DNA from: a virus
Reading direction: 5' to 3' (one strand)
DNA: 64,000 nt
IMG/VR virus record: IMGVR_UViG_3300037504_000618
Location: 8,038-72,037 of that record
Each line of letters starts with the position of its first letter. Position 1 is the first letter of the stretch. Positions 55,145 to 64,000 of this stretch are shown in pieces. The translations under genes and the position numbers were made by a program. The notes under the pieces are model-generated. The model was not told where the DNA came from, made no database searches, and was given only the letters and a program-made list of their open reading frames with translations.

Positions 55145-55611
55145 TGTGGGAGGGGCTTATGCGGTGGATAGCTAAATCGCGGCTGGTGCGCCCGGACGGG
55201 ACCGTTATTGAGCCGGGTGCGCCCCTACCCCCGATGCCGCAGAGCGCGATCAACGCGCTGCTGCGCGGGGGGCACATCGCGCAGGTGGTGGAGGAGGACG
55301 CCCCCTCTGTGAAGCTGGAGCACGTTGTAGCTTTCAATGTGGGGCCAACGGCCTCTGGCGTGACGACGATACCGGGGATCGGGACGGAGCGCGCGGCAGA
55401 TCTGGCCGCGATGGAGATTTACGCACTGCGGGATTTGGTGGCTGCGGATCCCGCCGTGATTGCAGAGCAGTTGGCTAAGGTAAATGTGGACATGGTGCGG
55501 GATTGGCAGGACTTTGCCCGCATGGAATTAGAAGGAGATGAGGATGGAGCAGAACGAGATCAAGCAAGCACCGAAGAAGAGAACGCGCCCTGTGCGCACT
55601 GCGGAGATTGA
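55144..55611 (+). CDS. Helix-hairpin-helix domain protein
   Basis: TTIPGIG..RAADL...I..LRDL. Confidence 0.65.
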   Translation: MWEGLMRWIAKSRLVRPDGTVIEPGAPLPPMPQSAINALLRGGHIAQVVEEDAPSVKLEHVVAFNVGPTASGVTTIPGIGTERAADLAAMEIYALRDLVAADPAVIAEQLAKVNVDMVRDWQDFARMELEGDEDGAERDQASTEEENAPCAHCGD

Positions 55612-55888
55612 ACTGGCGGAGCCTTACGAGGGCTGGCGGGCGACGATCCGCACGAACATTCCCATGGCGACGTATAACGCGCTGGTGGGGGGCACGTGGG
55701 AGGAGAAGGCCCAGGCGCTGATTGCAACGATCCTGGAATGGAACTACGTAGACGACGAAGGGGAGCCGATTCCTCTGGAACCCGCCGCGTTGCGGACGCG
55801 CTTGGGCTTCGACGAGGTCAAGCTCACGGTGGCGGCGATTGATCAGGCGATTGGCGATTTTTTACGCCAACTGAGTACGCGCGACTGA
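55544..55888 (+). CDS. Tail assembly chaperone; -1 frameshift form extends to 56058
   Basis: ILEWNY.D..GEP; slippery T TTT TTA 55858-55864 with an open -1 frame. Confidence 0.75.
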   Translation: MEQNEIKQAPKKRTRPVRTAEIELAEPYEGWRATIRTNIPMATYNALVGGTWEEKAQALIATILEWNYVDDEGEPIPLEPAALRTRLGFDEVKLTVAAIDQAIGDFLRQLSTRD

Positions 55889-56043
55889 TTCAGTATATCA
55901 GCGTGGGGACCGGGAGCCCCCCGCCGATCTACACGAAGGTCAAGGTATGTGAGCGGATGCACTGGACGTTGTTGGAATACGATCAGCAACCGGCGGATGA
56001 GATGGCGGCCATGGTGGCGATCTTGAATATCACCAGGTCGGAG

Positions 56044-56144
56044 AAAAACAACCGTTAAGGGGTATTAACGGCTGTTTCTACGCGGTAAATAGGGGGATTT
56101 GGCCCCTGAGCACGCGCGTAATCACGGTAAAAAATAGCCGTTAA
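56044..56144 (+). repeat. Tripartite dif-like element copy 8
   Basis: AAAACAACCGTTAA-ggggta-TTAACGGCTGTTTC, ACGCGCGTAATCA, AAAATAGCCGTTAA. Confidence 0.9.
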
Positions 56145-56159
56145 TACTATAAGGAGCGT

Positions 56160-58715
56160 ATGGCTGAAGAGCTACAGGTTAGGCTAGTCGCCAAGGACTT
56201 GCTATCGAATGTGATGGCAAAAGCCGGCGAGGCCATGGGCGACCTGGAGGGCAAGTCCGAAGATCTGAAGAGCGGCTTCCAGAGTCTCTCAATGGAGCAA
56301 CAAGATCTCATTGAGGGCCTGGGGATGCTGGCCGGGCAGGCGTTATTGTCGGCCGGCAATGCGGCGCTGGAATTCGGCGGGGACATGAACCGCGCGATGG
56401 GCGTCGTCGCGGCCCAGACGGGCATGGCGGGCGAGGAGCTGGAGGAATTCCGCGCGTCGGCGCTGGCGATCTACGAGACCGGCGCAGGGGAGAGCGTGGA
56501 GCAGGTGGCGCAGGCCATGAGCCTGGTGCAACGCCAGACCGAAGCCACCGGCGCTACGCTGGAGGACCTGACGGCCAACGCGCTGACGTTAGCGTCGGCG
56601 TTCGACGCTGACGTGCAGGAATCGACGCGCGCCGTCCGCCAGATGATGACTAATCTGGGCGTGGACGGGGAGGCCGCGTTCGACCTGGTGACGGTCGCCA
56701 TGCAACGCACGGGGGACCCGGCCAACGATCTCCTGGATACGATCAATGAGTATAGCGCGGTCTTCGGGGAGGCGGGCTTCTCCGCCGAGGAGATGACGGC
56801 AACGCTGATCGCGGGCTTGGAGAATGGGGTGTTCAACGCAGATAAAGTGGGCGATACCGTCAATGAGTTCATGACGCGCCTGACGGACGGCTCGGAGACG
56901 ACGCGGCAGGCGTTGGATACGCTCACCGGCAGCGCGGATAACTTCCTTGGGGCTTTAGACAGCGGGGCTGTATCGGGCAAGGAAGCGCTAGACCTGGTGA
57001 TCGACGGGCTGCGCGGGATAGAATCGCCCCTGGAACGGGACCAAACGGCCGTGATGCTCTTCGGTTCGATGTGGGAGGACCTGGGGCCGCAGGCGATCAT
57101 GGCCCTGGGGGACGTGGAGGGTGGCCTAGAGAACGTTGCCGGGGCGACGGACAAGGCAGCGGAGGCTATGGCGCAGGGGCCAGAGGCGGCCATTGAGCGC
57201 CTGCAGCGCAAGGCGCTGACGATGATCACGCCCGTGGTGGACGGGATCAACAGTCTGGAGGATTCGACGATTGTGGCCGGGCTGGCCGTGGCCGGGATAG
57301 GCAAGGCAGCGGTGATGGCGGCGGGAGGAACCCAAGCGCTGGCCACGGCGCTAGGCACGACGCAAGTCGCATTGGGCGCGGTGGCGCTGGCCGTGGGTGC
57401 GGTGCTCTTGGCCTACGAGAAGTGGAAGGATCTCCAAAACACCATCGCGGAGGGGCAGGCGTTAGTCAACGAGCAACTGGATACCTGGACACAGAGCGCA
57501 TCCGAGATGACGTCCGAGGGTATGAACCTTAGTGAGGTCTCGTTGGAACTGGCGGATAGCATCAACGCGGCCAACGCGGAATATGAGAATGCGAACTTTG
57601 CCGTAAAGGCGTTCATTGATAATGAGCAGATCCAAACCGATGCAGCGGTCTCGGCAGAGGCGGCGATCCGGTCGCAGGCCTCGTCGTATCAGGAATACGT
57701 TGCGGCGGTCGAGACGGCCAACGCGACGATTGAGAATCGTGCGGGCCAGCTCCAAGTGATCACTGAGGCGGAGTTCAACGCGACGGCGGCGGTACAGACG
57801 CAGACCGAGGCCCACAACCTGAACGTGGAGGCGATGCAGGAAGAGGCCGCTACGTCCCAGGCGCTCACCGGGTTCCTGGAAGGCGTCGTGGATTCGTCGG
57901 TCTCCGCTGCGACCACAATGGCTGAGGCGCATCGTGAGGCGGCAGCCGCCGCCGCCGAGCACGCCGAACAAACGGCGGGGCTGGCTGAGAGCCTGATGGA
58001 CGCCACGAATCAGCAAATTGCCAGTCAGTTGGTGGGGATGCTGGACCCGGAGAAGATGGGGGCCGAGGCATACAGCGCCGCCGTGCAGGAGATCGGGGTC
58101 ACATTTGGCATTATGGACGAGGAGAGCATCGCGCTGGCCGAGAATATGGATGACTTGGCGGCAGCGATTGAGAGCGGCGTGATCCCGGCAGAGAACGCCG
58201 ATGAGGCATTGCAGGCGTTGATCGAGGACGCCAAGGACGGCAAGGTCTCGATGCGGGATCTAACGGATGAGTTCGGCAACAGCGTCGGCGGTTTGCGCAA
58301 TACCGAGTCCGCCTTCCGAGGGATCGGCTCCGGCATGCGTTCTGTGAGCGATAACGCTGGGGGCGTGGAGGAGGGTATCCGGGGCACTGCGGGGGCCTTC
58401 AGTGAGGGCGCGCCCGCCGTTGAGGAGTTCGCCAGCAATCTGGGGACGACCCAAGATTCATTGATGGCGCTGGTCGCGGGGTCGCCGTGGACCTTGACCG
58501 TCAACGCCAATGAGGGAGACGGTGGGGGGGGAGGCGAAGAGATGGAGACGCCTGGTAGACCGGGGGGACCGGGAGGATATTCCAGAGCGTCGGGGAGTGG
58601 CGGGATCTCCATCGGTGAGATCAATATCACGGTCTCGGACGAGGCCAGCGCGACGGCTATCGCCGACGTGATCTATGAGGAGCTGGCCTCGCGGCTGGCA
58701 TTGCTGAGGGCCTGA
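56160..58715 (+). CDS. Tape measure protein
   Basis: Ala-rich helical; DLLDTINEYS, DKVGD..NEF, LFGSMWEDLG. Confidence 0.88.
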   Translation: MAEELQVRLVAKDLLSNVMAKAGEAMGDLEGKSEDLKSGFQSLSMEQQDLIEGLGMLAGQALLSAGNAALEFGGDMNRAMGVVAAQTGMAGEELEEFRASALAIYETGAGESVEQVAQAMSLVQRQTEATGATLEDLTANALTLASAFDADVQESTRAVRQMMTNLGVDGEAAFDLVTVAMQRTGDPANDLLDTINEYSAVFGEAGFSAEEMTATLIAGLENGVFNADKVGDTVNEFMTRLTDGSETTRQALDTLTGSADNFLGALDSGAVSGKEALDLVIDGLRGIESPLERDQTAVMLFGSMWEDLGPQAIMALGDVEGGLENVAGATDKAAEAMAQGPEAAIERLQRKALTMITPVVDGINSLEDSTIVAGLAVAGIGKAAVMAAGGTQALATALGTTQVALGAVALAVGAVLLAYEKWKDLQNTIAEGQALVNEQLDTWTQSASEMTSEGMNLSEVSLELADSINAANAEYENANFAVKAFIDNEQIQTDAAVSAEAAIRSQASSYQEYVAAVETANATIENRAGQLQVITEAEFNATAAVQTQTEAHNLNVEAMQEEAATSQALTGFLEGVVDSSVSAATTMAEAHREAAAAAAEHAEQTAGLAESLMDATNQQIASQLVGMLDPEKMGAEAYSAAVQEIGVTFGIMDEESIALAENMDDLAAAIESGVIPAENADEALQALIEDAKDGKVSMRDLTDEFGNSVGGLRNTESAFRGIGSGMRSVSDNAGGVEEGIRGTAGAFSEGAPAVEEFASNLGTTQDSLMALVAGSPWTLTVNANEGDGGGGGEEMETPGRPGGPGGYSRASGSGGISIGEINITVSDEASATAIADVIYEELASRLALLRA

Positions 58716-60031
58716 TGCTGGAAATACGATTCGCACGCATTGAGTGGACGACGGACGGGGAGATCACGACGACGGAGGACCTGGTCCCCCCGTGCAAGCT
58801 GCTCTCTTATGTCCCCCAGGGGCCGGGAGAGCGGCGGCCCACGCAGATCAACGAGCGGCTCTCGCTGGTGCTGCGGCGGGATGCGCCGACGTGGTTACGT
58901 ATCCTGAACGCGACGTTCGCGCGGGCGCGCTACTGGGCCGAAGAGCAGAAGTTCCGCCGGGACATGCGGACGGTACTCTTGATCCGCGACGACAATCGCC
59001 ACGACGCCGACACGTGGTTCGAGGCCCCGTTGTACGACGGGCGGGTGAACTTCCGGGATTCGCAGGGGCGCGTGCTGGATCTGAGCATCACGCGCGGCCC
59101 CTACTGGAAGGGACCAGAGACGGCCTTGCAGGTGATGAACACGGGCACGAGCCTCGCCTGGGCCAACACGGCCACGATCTACAACCACGACGACGATATG
59201 CCGGGGCATAACAACTGGGTGCTGGTGGAAGCGCCCGCCGGGGACGTGCCCACGCCGGCGCGGCTGTTGGTCCATAATACATACGATAGCGGGCGACGCT
59301 TGCGCCGCATCTACGCGGGCTGGTACAACCGCCCGCAGCAGTTGACGTTAGACGTGGCCGACGCCGACGGCGCGACGTTATTTCCGGATGACACAGACTA
59401 CAGCTACGACAAACGCGGCAGCGGAACGACGTTTACCTGGGACGTGGATAACGACGTCTTTCTGGATTACACCGGGATGTTCAAGGTGCTGGCCAATGGT
59501 GACCTCAGTGCCGGGAACTGGCGCGTGGCGGTGGGGTACGTGATGACGCGCTTACAGCAGAACGCGCGCGTCCCCGGCGCGGACGGGTGGACGGACCTGG
59601 GCAATGTGATGCTGCCCCCGGGTCCCTACTCCCACCCGACACGGTATCCGATGAAGGTGTGGCTGGAGGGGACAGCGAGCGGGATGTTGGATTTCCTGCT
59701 CTTTATCCCGGTGAGTTGGGATACGCAACTGCGGCAACTTATTTTCCAAGGCTACAACGCCGTGAACGGCACGTGCGTGGAGGACGACGGCGTGAACGAT
59801 GAGCTGGTGTATCAGTTCGGCGATCAGCGCTTGCCTATCCTCTATTCCTTCGGGCAGCCGATCTTCTTGCAGCCGGAGACGATGCTGCCGCAGGCGTTGG
59901 ACCCGTCGAGCAGCGTGCCTAACGCGCAGATGCTATCTTTTGCGTTGGAGAACGACGTGGGCGGCGCGGAGGCGCTGCGCACGGCGGAGATCGCGGTGTA
60001 TGCGCGCCCGTGGTACGAGTTGCTGCCATGA
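58715..60031 (+). CDS. Distal tail-like protein
   Basis: Follows the TMP; PYWKG, GDVPTP. Confidence 0.6.
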   Translation: MLEIRFARIEWTTDGEITTTEDLVPPCKLLSYVPQGPGERRPTQINERLSLVLRRDAPTWLRILNATFARARYWAEEQKFRRDMRTVLLIRDDNRHDADTWFEAPLYDGRVNFRDSQGRVLDLSITRGPYWKGPETALQVMNTGTSLAWANTATIYNHDDDMPGHNNWVLVEAPAGDVPTPARLLVHNTYDSGRRLRRIYAGWYNRPQQLTLDVADADGATLFPDDTDYSYDKRGSGTTFTWDVDNDVFLDYTGMFKVLANGDLSAGNWRVAVGYVMTRLQQNARVPGADGWTDLGNVMLPPGPYSHPTRYPMKVWLEGTASGMLDFLLFIPVSWDTQLRQLIFQGYNAVNGTCVEDDGVNDELVYQFGDQRLPILYSFGQPIFLQPETMLPQALDPSSSVPNAQMLSFALENDVGGAEALRTAEIAVYARPWYELLP

Positions 60032-60060
60032 GAACTTAGAACTGAGGATTGAGAATTAAG

Positions 60061-61797
60061 ATGGACTTACAATTCATCGTGGAGAGCGAAGGGACGGGCT
60101 GGTGGGATGTCACCGGCCTGGTGCGTCGCTTTCAGTTCGGGACGCGCACGCCGGGCGGGTTCTGGGAGGCGCGCGTGACGTTGGACGCGGCGGCGCGCGA
60201 CATCTGGCAGTATTATCACGGGTGGCCGGGGGGCACGTTGACGGTGCGGGCGGTGGGCCTGCTGGTCTGGGAGGGGGATTTGGCGGGCTTCCGCTCCCTG
60301 GATCCGCTGACGCTGGTGGCGCGGGGGGAGGTGCTGCGCCTGCGGGGGCCGGAACTGTGGCGCGCATACGCGGACGCCAGCTTCGCGAGTTGGGAGCCGG
60401 TGCGCACCGACTCGATGACGTTCAACGTGGATAACAATAACCGCCTGTACGTCGAGGCGGTTAGCAGCGTGGTCTACGAGGCAGGAGACGAGGGACAGGT
60501 CACCTATCCGGAGGATTTGGTGCTGGGGGCGGGGATCACGTACTTTGAGGCCCACGCGCTGATCGTGCTGCGCTATGGCCCGTGGATCGTCGAGGTGCGG
60601 GACGACGCGGGGAGCGTGCTCTGGTCCACGACGAGCAGCGTGGAGACCGACGTGGCCGTGGCCGTGAGCAGCGCCAGCGGCTTGATCTTTGCACTGCGGG
60701 CGACGGTGGACGCGGAACTGACGCCTCCGGCGCTGGTGGTGGATCTGGCGGGGGCGGTGGGGGCGCTGAGCAACGGGGATTATCAATACGTCGTGACGTT
60801 CGTGGACGCCAACGGGGAATCCGCGCCCAGCAATGGCGCCCGGGTCACGGTCAGTGACGCGGGGAGCGACGGGCAGGTGAGCGTGACCGAGATCCCTACG
60901 GGATATAGTGGGACGACGGCGCGGCGGCTGTATCGCACCAAGGCCGACGGCAACACCTATTACTATCTCGCGGAGATCGCGGATAACACCACGACGACGT
61001 ATACGGATAACACCGCCGACGGCTCCCTGGGGGCGGAGCTGAGCACGGAGACCACCAGCGCGCGCTTGACGCAGGTGGTGGTGCGCACGCTGCACCCGAC
61101 TTATAGTGAGAGCGTGGTGGAGGATGTCCTGGATCTCAAGTCCATTGCATCCTTCGACGTACAGGCCACGGGCTTGACGCTGGATAGCGCCGTGTGGCAG
61201 GGGGAGAAGGCGTTGAAGGCGTTGGAGGACGTCGTTGAACTGGGGGATGGGGCGTTCCCTTGGGTGTTTGTGGTCTACGAACACGGGGCCATCTTTCGCG
61301 CCTGGGCTACGGAGGCAGACTGGGTGCTGCTTCCGGAGGACGTGGGCGGGCGGTGGAAATTGCAGCTCGACCGCGACGATGTGCGCAACGCGGTGCGCGC
61401 CCAATTGCCGGACAACACGTTCACCGCCTGGCAGACGGACGACGACAGCATCGCGCTTTACGGACGGCACGAAGCGACGATTGACGTACCGCAGACGAGC
61501 CAAGCGGAGGCGGTACGCTATGCGCAGGTGTATCTCGAATCGCATGCCGACCCGCTCAGCTCCATTGAGGCAGACGCGGGGGCCACGATCCACAAGCCGG
61601 ATCTGACGCCGTGGCCCGCGTATCTGGTACGCGCGGGGGACGTGATCACCGTGCGCGACATCGTGCCGGGCGAGGACCTCAGCGTGCGGGTGAAGGAAAC
61701 GACGTTCGACGGCAAGCGGCTGCGCTTGATTCCCATGGGGAGTGACAACCGCTTGGAGATTATCCTGGCGGCATTGGAACGGCAGGCGAAGGGGTAA
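60061..61797 (+). CDS. Baseplate hub/tail tip protein with Ig/Fn3-like insert
   Basis: Position; YQYVVTFV..GESAPS...RRLYRT. Confidence 0.6.
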   Translation: MDLQFIVESEGTGWWDVTGLVRRFQFGTRTPGGFWEARVTLDAAARDIWQYYHGWPGGTLTVRAVGLLVWEGDLAGFRSLDPLTLVARGEVLRLRGPELWRAYADASFASWEPVRTDSMTFNVDNNNRLYVEAVSSVVYEAGDEGQVTYPEDLVLGAGITYFEAHALIVLRYGPWIVEVRDDAGSVLWSTTSSVETDVAVAVSSASGLIFALRATVDAELTPPALVVDLAGAVGALSNGDYQYVVTFVDANGESAPSNGARVTVSDAGSDGQVSVTEIPTGYSGTTARRLYRTKADGNTYYYLAEIADNTTTTYTDNTADGSLGAELSTETTSARLTQVVVRTLHPTYSESVVEDVLDLKSIASFDVQATGLTLDSAVWQGEKALKALEDVVELGDGAFPWVFVVYEHGAIFRAWATEADWVLLPEDVGGRWKLQLDRDDVRNAVRAQLPDNTFTAWQTDDDSIALYGRHEATIDVPQTSQAEAVRYAQVYLESHADPLSSIEADAGATIHKPDLTPWPAYLVRAGDVITVRDIVPGEDLSVRVKETTFDGKRLRLIPMGSDNRLEIILAALERQAKG

Positions 61798-61800
61798 GAC

Positions 61801-64000
61801 ATGACAAACATAGACGTGACGCTTCCCAAGCACGCGGTGGATGGGCCGCAGCACGCGACCCATGAGACGGATACGGCGAAGGTGCTGCGCCCGGATGGGA
61901 ACGGCGGGGTGCGGTGGGCCTCCGCTGCTGGCGGCGGGGATATGTACAAATCCACCTACGACACCGATGATGACGGGGTCGTGGATAACGCCGAGCAACT
62001 GGGCGGTGTGGCGGCGGCGGATTATCTGACGGAGGCGGAGCACACGGCGATAGGGGACGCGGCCCCCCATCACGCGCGGTATACGGACGTGGAGGCGGTG
62101 GCGGCGATCTTAGCGGCGGATGGGCCGGGGAGTGGCTTGGATGCGGACACGCTCGACGGGCAGCATTACGCGGACATCAGCAACGAAATCGACGGGGATA
62201 TTTCGACGCACGCGGGGGTCTCCGATGCGCATCATTCGCGCTATACGGATGGGGAGGCGGTGGCGGCGGTCCTGGCAGCGGATGGGCCGGGGAGTGGGTT
62301 GGATGCGGACACCGTGGACGGGCAGCATTACACAGACATCAGCAGCGAGATTGACGGGGATATTTCGACGCACGCGGGGGTCTCCGATGCGCATCACGCG
62401 CGGTATACGGACGCGGAGGCGGTGGCGGCGGTCCCGCAAGCGACGACCGCAACGCAAGGGAAGGCGGAGCTCGCGACTGAGTCGGAGATGGATACCGGCA
62501 CGGATACAGAGCGGATTATCACGCCTGCCTTGTTAAGGACGCGAGAACTGGACATCGCGGAGCTGATCTTCACCGAGGATGATGGGCTGCTGTTACTCGG
62601 TCCCGGCTGTCCGATGACGCCGGATAGCTGGATTTCGCTGCGGGGGCAAGAAGCTGCGATCAGCGGGGCGTTCCATCAGGTGGCTGGGAGATGGCCCCAA
62701 ACACTCGCTCTAACGATAGAACGCGCCACTACAAATCTGTTCACGAATCCCTCTATGGAAACTGGGAGCTCAGTACCTACAGGGTATGCAGAATGGTGGC
62801 CTTCTAATGTTGTAGCGTCTAAATCGGCAGAAGAGACGCGGTTTGGTCATTACTCAGCTAAATGCATAACCGATGGTTCCCGAGCTGCTGGTATATATGA
62901 CGATGTTACAGTTACACACGGACATATCTATACATTCTCAGCATACGTGAAAGCGCCCCCAGGAACAACTATACACTATGGATGTGATAGAGGGTGGATG
63001 GGTGACAGTGTTCATACTGCTACAGGAGGATGGGATCGTGTCGTAGCAGTTGGAACAGCAGATACCTCTACATACTCGTATGGCCGTTTTTACGTGGCGA
63101 GCCCAGACGCAACTACGTTCTATACAGATGGTTGGCAGTTAGAGGCCGTCAGTGTAGAAACATCGTATTGCGATGGCTCACTGGGCTCTGGCTATAGCTG
63201 GAGTGGGATTCCCCATTCCAGCACCAGTTCAAGACCGCAGACCAGAGTGGATGTTGACGGTGATCATGGTATCTCTGAGTCTACTGGTTCAATTGCTATT
63301 TGGGTACGTGGTGAACGGCAAGGCTACTGGTCCGATACGGATGCGCGATATTTTTGGGGTATTGGGGGAAGTCACAATGTTGCAAACACATGCGTATTAT
63401 GGATGTATAATTCATACTTATATATAGCTTGGAATGGAACGCAGAATCAATGCCTATGGTATTTGTCATCTGCTCCCAACGATGGTTGGCATCACATTGT
63501 TGTTACTTGGGAGCAATCCACTACTACATTGAAATTGTATTTTGATGGCGAATTAAAGAACGCCGATACCAGTATTCCAACTATTGCATCTTGGGCTAGT
63601 GATGTACTGCAAATCGGCGGGCGTGAGTTGGGATCATATGAAGCAGAAGCTAGTTTTTCTGAGTTGTCCGTATTTGACCGTGTGCTTACATTATCAGAGA
63701 TTTCGGCCCTTTACGCTGCTGGAAAACCGTTAGTTGATGAGTCCCCAAATATCGCTAGTCCAGTCGATAATCTCGGTCCACTCGCCGGGGCATGGCCTAT
63801 CTTGTTTGGCTCGCAAACGCACACAGGCGATACCTCATATTCCGAGGCGGGGAGCAATCAAGAAAGCCGCTTCGGATGGGGAACGTGGGTGTCCGGCTCG
63901 CTGCAATTCGAGGCGGTGATTAAAATAAGTGATAGCGGAGACACCGGATATGCCATGCTGCAATGGAACGATTCCGGCACGTGGCGCGACGTGGAGGGAA
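61801..64000 (+). CDS. Tail fibre/receptor-binding protein, 3'-truncated
   Basis: ORF runs off the window (not in the track); GSGLDAD repeats, CBM-like TNLFTNPSME, LamG-like WHHIVVTW..LYFDG. Confidence 0.8.
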   Translation, partial: MTNIDVTLPKHAVDGPQHATHETDTAKVLRPDGNGGVRWASAAGGGDMYKSTYDTDDDGVVDNAEQLGGVAAADYLTEAEHTAIGDAAPHHARYTDVEAVAAILAADGPGSGLDADTLDGQHYADISNEIDGDISTHAGVSDAHHSRYTDGEAVAAVLAADGPGSGLDADTVDGQHYTDISSEIDGDISTHAGVSDAHHARYTDAEAVAAVPQATTATQGKAELATESEMDTGTDTERIITPALLRTRELDIAELIFTEDDGLLLLGPGCPMTPDSWISLRGQEAAISGAFHQVAGRWPQTLALTIERATTNLFTNPSMETGSSVPTGYAEWWPSNVVASKSAEETRFGHYSAKCITDGSRAAGIYDDVTVTHGHIYTFSAYVKAPPGTTIHYGCDRGWMGDSVHTATGGWDRVVAVGTADTSTYSYGRFYVASPDATTFYTDGWQLEAVSVETSYCDGSLGSGYSWSGIPHSSTSSRPQTRVDVDGDHGISESTGSIAIWVRGERQGYWSDTDARYFWGIGGSHNVANTCVLWMYNSYLYIAWNGTQNQCLWYLSSAPNDGWHHIVVTWEQSTTTLKLYFDGELKNADTSIPTIASWASDVLQIGGRELGSYEAEASFSELSVFDRVLTLSEISALYAAGKPLVDESPNIASPVDNLGPLAGAWPILFGSQTHTGDTSYSEAGSNQESRFGWGTWVSGSLQFEAVIKISDSGDTGYAMLQWNDSGTWRDVEG
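62068..62432 (+). repeat. 162-bp (54-aa) tandem repeat, about 2.2 copies
   Basis: HHxRYTDxEAVAA units begin at 62068, 62230 and 62392. Confidence 0.88.

Larger units (their letters stand above)
1..64000. mobile_element. Temperate tailed phage genome (siphovirus-like), apparently excised/circularly permuted form
   Basis: Terminase, portal, capsid, tail tube, tape measure and fibre genes; integrase beside an internal attP-like tRNA fragment; repressor switch; no housekeeping genes. Confidence 0.93.

Noticed and set aside
60067-62073. 668-aa minus-strand ORF and similar long antisense ORFs (46358-47287, 50550-51395, 56471-57358)
   Set aside because: Shadows of GC-rich plus-strand genes; no motifs or RBS.
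1-64000. Diversity-generating retroelement, retron, or IS transposase
   Set aside because: No reverse transcriptase motifs, no TR/VR pair and no transposase recognised.

Overview
The whole window is one temperate, siphovirus-like phage genome with no recognisable host chromosome. It starts and ends inside tail-region genes and has an attP-like tRNA-Val(CAC) 3' fragment next to an integrase in the middle, so it is probably an excised or circularly permuted genome slightly longer than 64 kb. A Chloroflexota (Anaerolineae-like) host is inferred from the NBR1-Ig/Excalibur PTATP-rich lipoprotein and a YLPVV motif; this is unverified. Modules in order: accessory cassette (ART-like, HTH_17); iteron origin with a DnaA_N initiator; ParM/ParR; a leftward early operon (large ParB, two XerC/D-like recombinases); RHH/XRE switch; lipoprotein moron; attP and integrase; AAA/vWA, SNF2, ASCH, PAPS reductase, GNAT and ParB; PolX-like; a block driven by five near-identical promoters (amidoligase, C26 hydrolase, ParB, two PC4, RadC, MgsA_C); ParB-N with a GREB1-type glycosyltransferase; lysis; NDP-sugar dehydrogenase; terminase, head and tail genes. 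The strongest unexplained signal is a ~100-bp tripartite element repeated eight times at module boundaries. It has two inverted 14-bp arms (RAAAYRNCYGWTAA) around a 6-bp spacer (dif/Xer geometry, a different spacer at every locus) and a third arm at a fixed 79-80 bp span. Other candidates: a LexA-box antisense sRNA over a recombinase RBS, a TTGACA-N17-GAGAGT promoter regulon, a two-copy CRISPR-repeat-like element, and possible DNA-modification modules. All product calls come from motif recognition by eye, not database searches.
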